Positions 23,838 to 35,777 are shown, counted from the stretch's first letter. The stretch is 64,000 nucleotides of DNA from Eledone cirrhosa (GCA_964016885.1 OZ024740.1:40424001-40488000), one strand, 5' to 3'. The notes: generated by a model from the sequence alone, not told the origin. Translations and numbers: made by a program.

Positions 23838-26800
23838 TCTTTATTAGCCACAAGGGCGCAACAAGAAAGGGGACAATACAAAGACATGCCGGGGATTTTA
23901 CATACAGTCGTGTAAAAAATATAAAAACAAACAATTTCAACAATCGAAATCCCCAATAGGGGGGAGGCGCCACAAATGGGTTGTTTAATACCCCGTCGAT
24001 AGAACAACCCTCAACTCAAGGAGCATGTTGTGCAAGTGCTCCTTTCTTCCTTTTGCTCTCTTCCTCAACCTACAGGCTTATAAACAGAGAAGGCCCAATC
24101 ACTCGGGCCATTTTCGCTTCATTCACCCACCTTTCAGTAAATTTACTGGGGTGCAGTGCCTCTCTCTCCACCCTGATTCTCCTTCTAAAGTGATACTTAA
24201 AGAATGGAATCAATTGTTGTCCGGAGAGAAAGGCATCTGTCCTCAGTCCTCTCAACCTCGTCCACCATATAACTTCTTTCACCATAGCCACCGTACAGAG
24301 GAAAACCGCCTCTCTTTCGTTTTTGAAAGAGTCTGGCGGTTTGATCCTTACTATGGATTCGGCAGTCAACTGTATTTGTCCCATACGCGACAGCAGTTGT
24401 TCTGCATAGTTCCACAGGTCGCTTACGCCCGGGCAGTGTACAATTGCGTGCAGAACTGTTTCAATGTCCTGCGCACATCTTGGACACGTCCTCTTGGAAG
24501 GATCCCTGCCAGGGCGTCCGTGCCTGTAGATCTTGTCACGAACCGGTAGAGCTCCTCGGTAGCACTGCCAGGCCAGGGACCTCTGGAAGTTGTCCATAGG
24601 TCCCGGGCGGAAAGTCCTACCAAACATACTGGTGAGCTCATCGTCTTCGACGCCCAGAGTCTCTCCGAGCACGTCGTCGCCCTTGTAACGTACAATCCCT
24701 CTATAGAATGTCGAAGTGGAGTATCCACTGATTGCTGCGCCCGCTTGCCAGAGGACTGTGAGCGCCTGAGCGCATTCAATGTGCCAGGCGCCCATCGTTT
24801 TCGGTCTTTTCTTCACCCAGGACTGCAGCTCCGTTAGCGAGACGAGCTGTGGGAAAGCCTGTCTCACAAACGGTGCCCACACCGGTTGGGGGTCGGTGAG
24901 GAATACCTGGAGATGCCGCAGCCTCAGCGCATGTTTGCGCATCATCAGCCACGGCATTCCCAGCCCTCCGTTGGAAGGGTGCTGACAGCAGACGGATCTC
25001 CTCACCAGCGGAGCCTGCTTCTTCCACAGAAACTGGAAGAGCATGCGTTCCATCTTGGCGAGGTGTTCACGGGGACAAGGCACGACAGTCAAGCGGTAGT
25101 AGATGACGGACGCTATGAAAGTGTTCGCCACCTCCGCTCGACCTTTCAAGGACAGTTTGCACTCTGCCCACTTCTGAGTGAGTGCAAACACCTTGGCCGT
25201 GACCTCGTTCCAGTTTTTCTCCACCTGGAGGTCTGGACCGAACCAGACCCCGAGCAATTTCACCGGTCCGTCCGTCCAGCGTCCAACGACGCTGTCGGAT
25301 GTCATCGGTTTGCCTCTCCACGTACCGAGTTGCAAACCGACAGACTTGTCTGGGTTTAGTTTTGCTCCCGTCAGCGTTTCGTATTCTTTCAGTATGTTGC
25401 CGATCACCCCGATTTCCGAGGTGCTCGACACCATTACTGTCACGTCGTCGGCATAAGCCGACGCCGCTTTGCGCAGTCCCGGTTCTAGGGGGGTGCCCTG
25501 CAACAGCTCCAATTTCCGCAGTAGTGGCTCTAGAGTCAATACATACAGAATGGAGGAGAGAGGGCATCCCTGTCGAATGAAACGCGTGATTGCGAACGGC
25601 TCCGATAGGTAGCCGTTCACCTTGACCCTCGAGCAGATGCTGGTGTGCATCGCCTCGATCCATCCTCTGAACACGGGACCGAAACCGGCCGCCTTGAGAA
25701 CCGCTTCCAAGTATCGATGGTCGACCCTATCGAATGCCTTAGACTGATCCAAGTTGATCAGAGCCCCACCGAAGCCGGGTTTACTACCCACCCTCTCTAT
25801 GATGTATCGCATGAGGTGGAGGTTGTCGTGTATGGACCTGGTCGGGATTGCACACGTTTGCGCTTTCCCTACCAGGTTCTCGACGACAAGCGCCAACCTC
25901 GTCGCTAGCACCTTGGCCAAAATCTTTAACTCTGTGTTGAGCAGAGTTATGGGCCTGAAGTTGTTAATTTCGTCCCCCTTGTTCTCGTCTTTCCTGATCA
26001 GCGTTACTACGCCCTTGCCTGCAGAACTGGGAATTCTCCCGTTCTGCTGCCAATTGCAGTAGACGGCTTCGAGGACGCCAGAGAACAAGTCCGGCATGCC
26101 TATGTAAAATTCGTAGGGTAGACCATCTAGACCGGGTGACTTGCGTTTCCCGCAGCGGCCCAGAGCGTCCCGTATCTCAGTGTCCGTGATCGGTCTTTCG
26201 CAGAACTCGGCGTCCGTGTTCGAGAGACGCGGCAGGCCGTCGAGGTATGAACTAAAGTCCATTGCCCCGTTCGGCTCACCGTCGTTCTGCTCAAACAGTC
26301 GCGCAAAGTGCCGCTGAAAGGCCGCGCACATTTGCTTGGGGTCAAGTAGCACGCGTCCGTTTTGGTCTTTCAAGGACCGAATCGTGGACTTGTTGCCACT
26401 TTTTGCCTCCGCCACTCGGGCCCAGCTGACAGCTTTCGCTCCTTCGTTTCCTAGAGCACGTGTTTTGCTTCTGACCACGCAGCCTTCGTGTTTCGCATCG
26501 AAGAACTGGTCCAGTGCCGTTCTCGACGCTAACACTCTAGCCGCGTTGCCACTTCTAAGTGCCTCCTCTACCTTGGCTACTAGTTCTCTTTCTATTCTGT
26601 TTTTCTCTAAGGCTAACTCTCTGCTATACCCTATCGATTCTATTCTAATTGCTTTCTTGAGAGAGTACCACCATCTATTGTTGACGATGGCTCCCGTTAA
26701 CTGTTGCTTGACTAGTTTACTTATCCGTTCACTGTAAGCTTTACGTGCCGGCAACGACACATTCAGCTTCCAGTATCCGGGACCCTGTCTATGTATTCTA

Positions 26801-28129
26801 TCACGGTTGACTAAGCAGACGACTAACTTGTGATCTGAATAGGCAACCATGTGCATTCGTGGACAGCTTAACATATCCTTGTCCCTTTCTCTAATGAAGA
26901 ACCTATCTAAATACGATCTAGATGTCCCACTGCGGTTTACCCACGTCCACTGTGGTGCAGTCGGGAAATCCAGTCGATACCTATCGGCCAGTTGGAATTG
27001 GCCAATTAAAGTTTTGAGGCTGTTGCACCCCGCTCTACTGGGACATGCTCCCACATAGTCCCATCGTGCATCTAGGATACCATTCCAGTCCCCCACTAAA
27101 AGTAAGGAGCGAGACGTTCCCAGAAAAGACTCTAGACGCTTAAAGAAGTCTGGCCGTGATTGCGATTGCCCGGTCGGGGCATAAACGGCCACCAGTCTGA
27201 AGGCTCCACCTCCGATACTGTTCACGTCTAGGACTACCAGTCTACCCTCCGGGTCCAAGTGTACTTGCTGTACTCCGACGTCCAGGTTCTTCCGAAACAT
27301 AACAGCCACTCCACCTCCACCTCCTGGCTGACAGAGAGATGCGTAGATCTCAAAGTCGTCGAAGATGGGGGTTAGTTGCTGCCTGTTGTGGATTCTGGAC
27401 TCGGTGATGGCTATCACATCCATACTGTGTGACCTAAGGTCGTTTAAAAGTTGGCCCTGTTTCCAGGGCATCCCTAGGCCACGCACATTCACGGTTCCAA
27501 CTCGTAAACCAGCCATGTTGGTGAAGAAAAGTTGGAGAAAAAGGACGAAAGGTGCACTTACCTTTTCGTTTCCTGGAGATCGGGTTGTTCAATCTCCATT
27601 TGGGTGCTGGATGGGGTGGGGAAACCTTTCAACAGGACGCGGTTGATGGGTTTGTGGCAGGGGTTGCCCACGTCCTGTGAAAATTTAATTTTCAGGTCTT
27701 TATAGGTTTCCATAGAAACCCTTATAAGTTTAAGGTGTGGAGACGATTCTGCCTTGACGAAAGTTTTGCCCTCCGTCTCCACCTTGGGGTTTTGGGAGAT
27801 GACCTCCATCAAACTCTTGTTGTTTGTGTTGATGTATGCGTATTGTTGTTTGTGTTTTTGTTGTATTGTTTTAGTTTGTTGTTCATCTGGGAGTTTTCTT
27901 TTTATGGTGGGTGCTTGTGTTTGGGGTGGTGTTGGTGCTGGTTTTGCTGATAGGGGGGTGTTTGACTGTAGTGTTGTTTGTGTTGTTGTTCGTGTCTGTG
28001 GTTGTGTGTTGGTGTTGGTGATTGGAGTTTTGGGGGTTTTGTGGTGTCTCTTTTTTTGTTTTTTGGATTTCCGCGGTTCTCCCTCTTCTTCACTTAAAGA
28101 AGGAGAAGCAGCTTCATCCGTTATTAATC
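23838..28129 (-). mobile_element. Tx1/L1-clade LINE, truncated in ORF1, ORF2 intact
   Basis: ORF1 3' remnant at 27558-28093, ORF2 at 24070-27516, 3' UTR ending AATAAAGAA. Candidate TSD AATCAAT at 23831-23837 and 28130-28136. Confidence 0.88.
24070..27516 (-). CDS. Tx1/L1 ORF2: APE endonuclease, reverse transcriptase and C-terminal Cys/His knuckle (1148 aa)
   Basis: GTVNVRGL, ITES, VYAP, GDWN, YLDR, YSDH (EN); SPGLDG, FRPITLLN, LDQSKAFD, RQGCPLS, AYADD (RT); CPRC...H...HC. No stops. Confidence 0.95.
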   Translation of the reverse strand: MAGLRVGTVNVRGLGMPWKQGQLLNDLRSHSMDVIAITESRIHNRQQLTPIFDDFEIYASLCQPGGGGGVAVMFRKNLDVGVQQVHLDPEGRLVVLDVNSIGGGAFRLVAVYAPTGQSQSRPDFFKRLESFLGTSRSLLLVGDWNGILDARWDYVGACPSRAGCNSLKTLIGQFQLADRYRLDFPTAPQWTWVNRSGTSRSYLDRFFIRERDKDMLSCPRMHMVAYSDHKLVVCLVNRDRIHRQGPGYWKLNVSLPARKAYSERISKLVKQQLTGAIVNNRWWYSLKKAIRIESIGYSRELALEKNRIERELVAKVEEALRSGNAARVLASRTALDQFFDAKHEGCVVRSKTRALGNEGAKAVSWARVAEAKSGNKSTIRSLKDQNGRVLLDPKQMCAAFQRHFARLFEQNDGEPNGAMDFSSYLDGLPRLSNTDAEFCERPITDTEIRDALGRCGKRKSPGLDGLPYEFYIGMPDLFSGVLEAVYCNWQQNGRIPSSAGKGVVTLIRKDENKGDEINNFRPITLLNTELKILAKVLATRLALVVENLVGKAQTCAIPTRSIHDNLHLMRYIIERVGSKPGFGGALINLDQSKAFDRVDHRYLEAVLKAAGFGPVFRGWIEAMHTSICSRVKVNGYLSEPFAITRFIRQGCPLSSILYVLTLEPLLRKLELLQGTPLEPGLRKAASAYADDVTVMVSSTSEIGVIGNILKEYETLTGAKLNPDKSVGLQLGTWRGKPMTSDSVVGRWTDGPVKLLGVWFGPDLQVEKNWNEVTAKVFALTQKWAECKLSLKGRAEVANTFIASVIYYRLTVVPCPREHLAKMERMLFQFLWKKQAPLVRRSVCCQHPSNGGLGMPWLMMRKHALRLRHLQVFLTDPQPVWAPFVRQAFPQLVSLTELQSWVKKRPKTMGAWHIECAQALTVLWQAGAAISGYSTSTFYRGIVRYKGDDVLGETLGVEDDELTSMFGRTFRPGPMDNFQRSLAWQCYRGALPVRDKIYRHGRPGRDPSKRTCPRCAQDIETVLHAIVHCPGVSDLWNYAEQLLSRMGQIQLTAESIVRIKPPDSFKNEREAVFLCTVAMVKEVIWWTRLRGLRTDAFLSGQQLIPFFKYHFRRRIRVEREALHPSKFTERWVNEAKMARVIGPSLFISL

Positions 28130-28854
28130 ATTGATTAGTAGTTTTTTCCCCTCACTATATATATTTCTTATTAGCTTTTTCATGCTCACTGCAATAAATA
28201 TAATTAAATTTTTTTTTTTACTCAAATTTCTATATACTCTCCCAGTTATTCTAAGATTTGGTAGGTTTGAGTAACACTGTATTTCACTGTGGAGGTCTAA
28301 TAAGACCAAAACATCTCCAGAGTTATCACTGTACCTTCCAAAGACTAGACTCACTCACCACTGCATGATCACTTCCCCATCATAATTATTTTTTTATGGA
28401 TTGATGGATGATTGGATGCAACAACAACCAGATCATTAGCATATAAAATTCTCAAGAATAGCCAGCTTTTAATTGCCAGGCTTAAGAATAATTAGTTTTT
28501 AACTGAAGTATTTACCTGAAGTACAACAATGAAGAGAAGAAAACTAAGAGAAATACTTGATGGATATTCACTTGCAAGCTAAATTCTTTACTGAATTCAT
28601 ATCTAATGATTTTAATTAGACTAAGAAACAATACAAAATACTGGATATAAAACTACATATTAAGCTACCAAGCCTATGTAGTGTACAAGAAGATCAATTT
28701 CAGAACCTGCAATTTCCCAAATGAGTACCACAAGGATCTGTCTTCTCATCCTTTCTTTTCAACCTATACCAAGTTGACTGTCTCACACCTCCATATAATA
28801 TACATATAACATTGTGTACATATGATATCACATTCATATCTTCTCACCATTCTC

Positions 28855-29005
28855 TAGACACTGACAACAAATATATCATTATGTATCACTATAGATCACT
28901 GGCAATAAATATATCATTATGAATCACTAGATCACTGACAACAAATATATTTATATCATTATGTATCACTGTAGATCACTGACAACAAATATATTTGTAT
29001 CATTA
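28855..29005. repeat. Short tandem repeat, ~35-42-bp unit (tagatcactgacaacaaatatatcattatgtatcac)
   Basis: About 4 imperfect direct copies. Confidence 0.75.
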
Positions 29006-29322
29006 TCCTCATCGTTTAACATTTGTCTCTCCTGCTAGCAAAGTTTGGGCAGGTCTATGAATATACTTTGGAAAATGGACGTAAAACGGTGATGGTGATG
29101 ATGTATGGACATCCTAAATGTTATAAACTCACTGTCATACAATTGAAATGTTTCATTTATCTCAATACCAACAATAACATTTATGAACTTATTCTATGTC
29201 TCTCTCTCCCAGCCTAAAAATAAAAATGCTACTTGAAATAGGTTGTTTTGTTTCAATTGTTGGTTACAAAAGTTTACATATTTTATTACAAACTGCTTGA
29301 GAACACTTTTTTTTTAATACAA

Positions 29323-30041
29323 AACCAGTCTGGAACTCCTATCTTGCTCAGAACATTGACCGCCTGGAAACTGTTCAGGGACATGCAACCAAGCAAATAC
29401 CCTCCATCAAGCATCTACCATACTCTGAACGCCTTGCTTCCCTGGGCTGGATACATTGAAGCTCCGACGTCTGGCAACTGACTTGGTAAACACCCACAAA
29501 ATTATTAACCATCTTGCCAACAACAACCCTGAGTACCTTTTTGATTTCCATGTGTCTAACATATGTGGGCATGCCCACAGCTCCTGTGACTTTTGGAAAC
29601 ATTTTTTCACACTCAGAGTTGCTGAAGCAAGGAACAAACTACCTGCATCAGTTGTTAGCTGTCGAGACACTGCATCCTTTAAAACCTCCATGCTTCCTGA
29701 GATTCGCCAACACTACACCTAATATTCCCTCTCCATACACACGCACACATGTATATCATGACTCACACACTGTTCACTTCCCTGACATTTGTATATTATT
29801 CTATGGACGCCATGCTTTGATGTATCGAGTTACGGCCCTTGCCATTCTGAGTTCAAATCCCGCCGAGGTTAACTTTGCCTTTCATCCTTCCGGGGTCGAT
29901 AAAATAAAGTACCAGTAATACATTGGATAATTGCTGGCCTTGTGCCAAAAGTAGAAACAATTATTCTATGTACTATGCATACACCTTTGACGAGTTGTAG
30001 TGCACCTGAGCACTGTACACAATAATTTCATTATTATTATT
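29323..30041 (+). mobile_element. CR1-like LINE 3' fragment interrupted by a SINE
   Basis: LETVQ.HATK...YSERL..L / KLRRL..DL..THKI / FFTLRVAE..NKLP (CR1 C-terminal pattern) and an (ATT)n tail at ~30030. Confidence 0.7.
29806..29960 (+). mobile_element. tRNA-derived SINE, 5'-truncated
   Basis: B box plus core; TSD attattctatg on both sides. Confidence 0.85.
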
Positions 30042-31044
30042 ATATTATTAAAAATTAACCATTTTAAAGTGTTCAGATTTAAATCATAACTTTCCTTTAT
30101 AATTTTACGCAAGAACCTCTCATGATGTCCAAAACACCAGCTTAATAAATTAATGTGAAAGGCTATTAAATCCCTTCAAATCATTCATTGATGTTTGAAC
30201 TAATTGAAACAAGCAGTGTTTTTGTTAGAAATGTGGTCAGAAAATGAACTCACTTTAATGATTAAATTTTCAAGGATCAAATTTCAAGATCATAACATTG
30301 GTACTACTTTTATATTAGTAATAGGAAACAATTAAAAATATTACTGGAGATAAGAGAATCTATCTGCCTCTTGTGATTTATTAAAATAAAACTCATTAAC
30401 TTTCCTCAAAACTAGGGTTATGTAAAAATAGGATATTAACAGAAACATTAAGTATCTATATATCATCACTATCATTTTTATATCATTTTCTCATGCTAGA
30501 AGGTAAGTATTGCCAGTAGAGGAAGCTATCACCTATGTTGGCAATAAAGTACTTCTCCCTGTATAACATGGTAGAGGGAGCTATCACCTCCATTGTCAAT
30601 AAAATACATATCCCTGTATAATGCCTCTGTATAAAGTGTGATATTACATGGTAATGAGGTACAGGTGTTGAATGTGACAATATAAAAGACTAGATAGAAT
30701 TGGGGCCAGCATGCTCTGCTGGATGTGTGATGTTAGTGAGCATGAACAATGATGTATCAGTGTTCAGAAAAAGACTACACTAGTATGGAGATGTAATACA
30801 TATGAAGAATGGATAGTTGTGTAAAAATGTAGTTTGAAGAAGTAGTAGGTGTGATCTCAGGAAGTTGGACCATATAAAAATGTTGAAAGACGAGAGAGAT
30901 GTGTTGAAATGGACTCATCCACAAAGTCGATGACAAAGGACTGTAGAGACATGCTGTGTTGAAATAGACCCGCCCACATAAAAGAGGTGATGAAGGACTG
31001 TTAGAGAGATACTGTGTTGAAATGGATCTGTATGTGAGCCCGCG

Positions 31045-31636
31045 TGTGATCAGTCTGCTTTCTAGTGGCTGTCTCTTCTCTTCCTCAATCACGTCGGGGT
31101 CACCACTTTAGCAGTGTAGCAGTATGAAGGTCGTTAGTGTGGCAGTGTCCAGTGTGGTAAAGTGATAGTATCCTAGTTGGATTGTCTTGTCGACATAGAC
31201 GTGAGGGAAGGTCCCTCGATCTATTTACCATCTTTGTATTTACAATATTCCTTTTGTCAGGTCGCCAAGTCCAGCAGCATGGATTATAGATGTCATTGAG
31301 ACACGAGTAACATAATAATGATTTCAACAGCAGAAATTAGAGATGAAATGTATGTTTATTTTTGATGTAGCACAAACAATGTTTGTTAACTTATATGGTT
31401 GAAGTTACACATAAAAAGAGGTTACAAAAGGGAATGTGCCATTGCGCCGGAAAGCCGGCGAGACTAGGGGTGCAAAATCTCACCGTTACATTATGCGTGT
31501 TGCTGGTTCGAAGTTCCCGGTACAAGAGAGAGGTTCTTCAAATCTTCGCGGGGAATTTCCTCCTCAGGGCGCGTAGGGATACATCCTCTTCTACTGGCGC
31601 TGATTGGCTGAACTGAGCCAAATCACGCACAGAGAA
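31045..31636 (-). mobile_element. LTR-retrotransposon fragment with tRNA-Trp primer-binding site
   Basis: 31087-31105 AATCACGTCGGGGTCACCA equals the 3' end of tRNA-Trp including CCA (PBS TGGTGACCCCGACGTGATT on the minus strand). Upstream on the minus strand are AATAAA (~31360) and CCAAT (~31605). Bounded by the 16-bp direct repeat tgtatgtgagcccgcg. Confidence 0.7.
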
Positions 31637-31814
31637 TGTATGTGAGCCCGCGGAATGTAGGTCACTACAGATCCACCCACATAAAGGAGATGATGAAGGA
31701 CTGTAGAGAGATGTAGAGTACTCATTCACATAACGGCGATGGCAGAGGACTGTAGAGAGATGTTGTGTTGAAATGGACCCACCCAATCCAGCTTAACAAG
31801 GAAAATTATGATGA

Positions 31815-32043
31815 TTTAACACTTGATATCAACCTAACCAAAATCAGTTTGGGTTCTATGAAATAAAATCACCTATTTTAAACAGTTTCTAATTTAAATT
31901 AAAATCTTCTAACATAATTTTATAAGAATCATCTATTACAAATACTACTTTAATAATGAAATAAATAACTTTAGTAAGTCCATCTAAACCTTCATTAATA
32001 AATTGAAATACATTGTGTCAGTAGAAATATGGCAACAAAAGGG
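31815..32043. mobile_element. Degenerate piggyBac-type MITE (second family)
   Basis: Ends AGAAATATGGCAACAAAAGGG|TTAA, complementary to the terminus at 7576. Related sequence at ~30057-30245. Left boundary uncertain. Confidence 0.5.
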
Positions 32044-32145
32044 TTAAAAGCCTGATTATTTACAAGATAAGAAAAAATACCAAAGCAAAAAAGAAACATG
32101 TTTATTATGGTCTTTGCCAGTCTTCCTTAGTGCCATTATTTCTCT

Positions 32146-32640
32146 CGCCAAGGTTAACTTTGCCTTTCATCCTTACGGGGTCGATAAAATAAAGTACCAG
32201 TAATGTACTGGATAATTGCTGGCCTTGTGCCAAAAGTAGAAACAATTATTTCTCTCATAGGAGTGGATTGGCAGTATTGGTAGAGGGTCGGACACCATGC
32301 TTTGCAACATAGAGTTACGGCCCTTTATGGTCTGAGTTCAAATCCCGCCGAGGTTAACTTGCCTTTCATCCTTATGGGGTCGATAAAATAAAGTACCAGT
32401 AATACACTGGGATAATTGCTGGCCTTGTGTCAAAAGTAGAAACAATTATATTTCTCTCATATTGGTAGAGCATCAGACACCATGCTCTGCAGCATAGAGT
32501 TATGGCCCTTTACGTTCTAAGTTCAAATCCTGCTGAGGTTAGCTTTGCCTTTCATCCTTACGTGGTCGATAAAATAAAGCACCAGTAATGTACTGGGGTA
32601 ATTGCTGGCCTTGTGCCAAAAGTAGAAACAATTATTTCTC
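32146..32640 (+). mobile_element. Tandem array of three tRNA-derived SINEs
   Basis: Copies at 32146-32248 (partial), 32258-32448 and 32461-32633, each followed by attatttctctc(at). Confidence 0.87.
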
Positions 32641-32991
32641 TCATAAACCAGACAAAAGTACAAAATATTTCTTACATAATAACTGGCTGCACATGCACAC
32701 TGCATGTCAACAACAAAACAGAGGGGTGAGAAATGCAACTCGTGGACAGTTAGTTTCAAGCCATAAAGTATACGATGTACAGAATCAACAATAATATAAC
32801 TTCCAGCTGCAAACAATCTTAAGACTTTTATGACAACTGAAAAAGTTAATCTCAAGTGAAAGCTACAAGACACCGGAAAACAATAAGTATGGACAAAAAT
32901 TATTTTAGTATAGCAAAAAACATAAAAAATGAAGTCTATCTTCATTGGCAAGGGTGTAGTGAAAGGAACTGAGTATTTAAGATACTTTATA

Positions 32992-34302
32992 TGAAGGGGG
33001 ATCAAAAAGTTCGCGGAATTTTTCAGAAAATATTCTATTTTTCAAAAAATATGATTTACCTTCAATTTATTTTTCTACATAGTTGCCAACCAGGTCAATA
33101 CACTTCACAAGGCGATGCTTCCAGCTTCGTAAGCCGTCTCTAAAGAAAGTTGAAGGCCTTGTTCGAAGCCATGTGTTGGCAGTGTTTTTAGCTTTTTCAA
33201 CACCACTAAAACGGGTTCCTTTTAGCATTTCTTTGAGTTTTGGAAAGAGGAAAAAGTCTGATGGGGCTAAATCTGGACTATAAGGCGAGTGAGGAAGCAC
33301 TTCCCATCGAAATTCTCGAAGAACTTCTTTTGCAACCCGCGCAGAATGCGCTGGTGCATTGTCATGGTCAAACAAGATCCCACCATGAAGTTTCCCTTTT
33401 CGTTTCTTGACTAATGCCTCTTTCAGGTTCCTTAAAACATTTGCATAGTAAGCTCCTGTCACAGTTCTTTGACCTTCAAGATAATCTATTAGTATAACCC
33501 CATCTGAATCCCAGAAAATGGTGGCCATCACTTTTTGATCCGACTTTTGAGATTTGAACTTGATTGGCCCCGATGATCCACGTGGAAGCCACTGTTTTGA
33601 CTGCTGTTTGGATTCAGGATCATACTGGTAGATCCAGGTTTCATCTCCGGTGATGATTCTGATCAGGAAATGCTCTTCATCAACTTCAATTTTGTTTAAT
33701 ATCGCCAAAGACAGATCACTTCGAAGAATCAGCTGATCAGGGCGCAACGCTTTTGGGACCCATTGCACTGAAAGCTTGCTTAGTCCCAAATTATCGTGCA
33801 GAATTGAATTTGCCGAACCATATGAAATGTCTAGGGACTTAGCTAACTGATTAACTGTTATTCTTCGATCTTCTTCAATTAAAGTCTGAGCAGCCTCAAC
33901 GTTTTGGTCATTTTTTTATGTTCCTAGTCTTCCACTGCAATGGTTGTCTTCAAGGTCGTCTCTCCCTTGTTTGAATCGCTGAATCCACTTGTAGACAGCA
34001 GTTTTCTTTGGAGCAGTAGTACCGTAAACTTTAACTAAAGCCTCCATAATCTGTGTCCCTTTCCATTTGAGTTTCACCAGAAACTTGATATTCGATCTTA
34101 TCTCAATAACTATTTTCCATTGTTCCAAAAAGAGGTTTTTTAAAGAGTGTCAGTACTGTACAATAGTCCACGCATAACTGACTGCAAGTGACTAATAGCA
34201 AGGTAAACACTCAGTGACAATATTCTGACATGTTTAATATTGTTTTAACCTATTTTTTTCTTACTACGATAAAATTCCGCGAACTTTTTGATCCCCACCT
34301 CG
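32992..34302 (-). mobile_element. Full-length mariner (Tc1/mariner DD34D) transposon
   Basis: ~31-bp TIRs (GGGGATCAAAAAGTTCGCGGAATTTT) with TA duplications at 32990-91 and 34303-04. Confidence 0.95.
33067..34128 (-). pseudogene. Mariner transposase, 353 codons with a single in-frame TAA at 33916-33918
   Basis: HTH N-terminus (IRSNIKFL...VYKWIQRFK.G), WVPKAL, TGDETW, HDNA, YSPDLAPSD. The intervening 33790-33915 is in frame and open. Confidence 0.92.
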
Positions 34303-34349
34303 TATCTCACGAAAGACAAGTACTGGAAAAATAGTGTAGTAAATGCTAC

Positions 34350-34565
34350 CCTTGGTGATGTGTAGAAACTACAACATACTCTATTGTAGGTGTTACTACT
34401 GTAAGAGAAATGTACCACTGTATCTCTCACTGCTGTGGGAGAAATACTCTATTGTACTTCTGACTGCTGTAGGAGAAATACTCTATTGTGGGTCTCACAG
34501 TTGTGGGAGAAATATATTATTGCATCTCTTACTGTTGTGGGAAGAATATTCTATTGTGGGTCTTA
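34350..34565. repeat. Diverged ~35-bp minisatellite (ctgtgggagaaatactctattgt...)
   Basis: About 6 imperfect direct copies. Confidence 0.65.
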
Positions 34566-35384
34566 TTTAAGCTTTCTAGAAGGTTAATAATTGCTGCTGT
34601 GGTACAGTTTTTGCTGTATTGTGGATGTAAAAGAACTTATCAAGATTATTGGTAGTTGTGAGGCATGACATTTATAGTGAAAGTACCAAACAATGGTGGT
34701 GGTGGTGGTGATGAGGTAGGGGTTTGTTAGTGATGGGGTGGGTGGGGAGAGGACTGATAGACTTAGCATTAGACACCATTAAACAGATATGAAATCTTCA
34801 GATCATGCTGTGACTTGTTTTTCTAAAACAAAAACTGACAAATTACATTTGTTTTTGATTGGAAAGTGGATCAGAAAACAATCTATTCTAGTAAGGAAAG
34901 ATATCCTAGAAAGATTCAACCAAAGATGTGTATTCTTAAAGTTTGATTTCATTATGTGTTACAATCAGGAACAAATATGTTATGACCTTCTACAATTCTG
35001 GAAAGATCAATTTCTTGTTCTCACTAAAACCAAGAAAAAGAAAACAAACACAAAAGCTAAAGAATATGTTTGATTAGACTGCACATTGAAACATGCAGTG
35101 ATGCTGTGCAGCAACAGTGCAGCATCTGAAAGGATGATAATTCTTGCTCTCTCTCTCTCACCTGACAGTGTACAATACTGTAACTATATATTTTAAGAGA
35201 CTTTATAGAGAGGAAGAAATATAGCCACCACCAGAATGTACAAGTGTACAGAAATAAAGTGGAGAATGCACAGAGTGTACACTGATACTGCACTGCATCA
35301 CTCCATGTTTCAGTGTACAGAATGGTCCTCAGTTACACAGTTACTACACTGCATGTTTCAATGTGCATTATAAGGATCACTGTG

Positions 35385-35510
35385 ATGGTGTATGACCTAA
35401 TAGTTTGGGTGTTAGTCATTATTGTAAAGTTGTAGGTTTGATCTCCTGGCTGGGCAGAGCATTGTGTCCTTGAGCAAGGCACTTCATGCTGCTCCAGTCC
35501 ACTCAGCTAA
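35385..35510 (+). mobile_element. Degenerate CORE-like tRNA SINE
   Basis: Degenerate B box GGTTTGATCTCC followed by the TTGTGTCCTTGAGCAAGGCACTT core motif. Confidence 0.5.
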
Positions 35511-35616
35511 AAAAGCAGGCATAAAACCACTGAGTGTAGAAGCCAGTATGAGTAATATTAATATTAAGGGGATAATAAACGAGATTTCAGAGAAAATCTA
35601 AATAGTAGTTGAGGTA

Positions 35617-35777
35617 CCGTATTTCCCGACGCTGAAGACGCTTCGTCCTCAAGGACGCACCCTAATTTTGACAACCAAAAATTTGAAAAAATAAACAACC
35701 TTCGACCTCCAGGACGCATGGTAGATTTTTAGACTTATTTTAGGAAAAAGTAGTGTCTTCGACGCCAGGAATTATGG
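35617..35777. mobile_element. pogo/Tigger-type MITE
   Basis: TA|CCGTATTTCCCGACGCTGAAGACGC ... GTGTCTTCGACGCCAGGAATTATGG|TA imperfect TIRs. Confidence 0.7.

Noticed and set aside
31087-31105. tRNA-Trp gene
   Set aside because: Only the 3' 19 nt with encoded CCA are present. This is a primer-binding site, not a cloverleaf.
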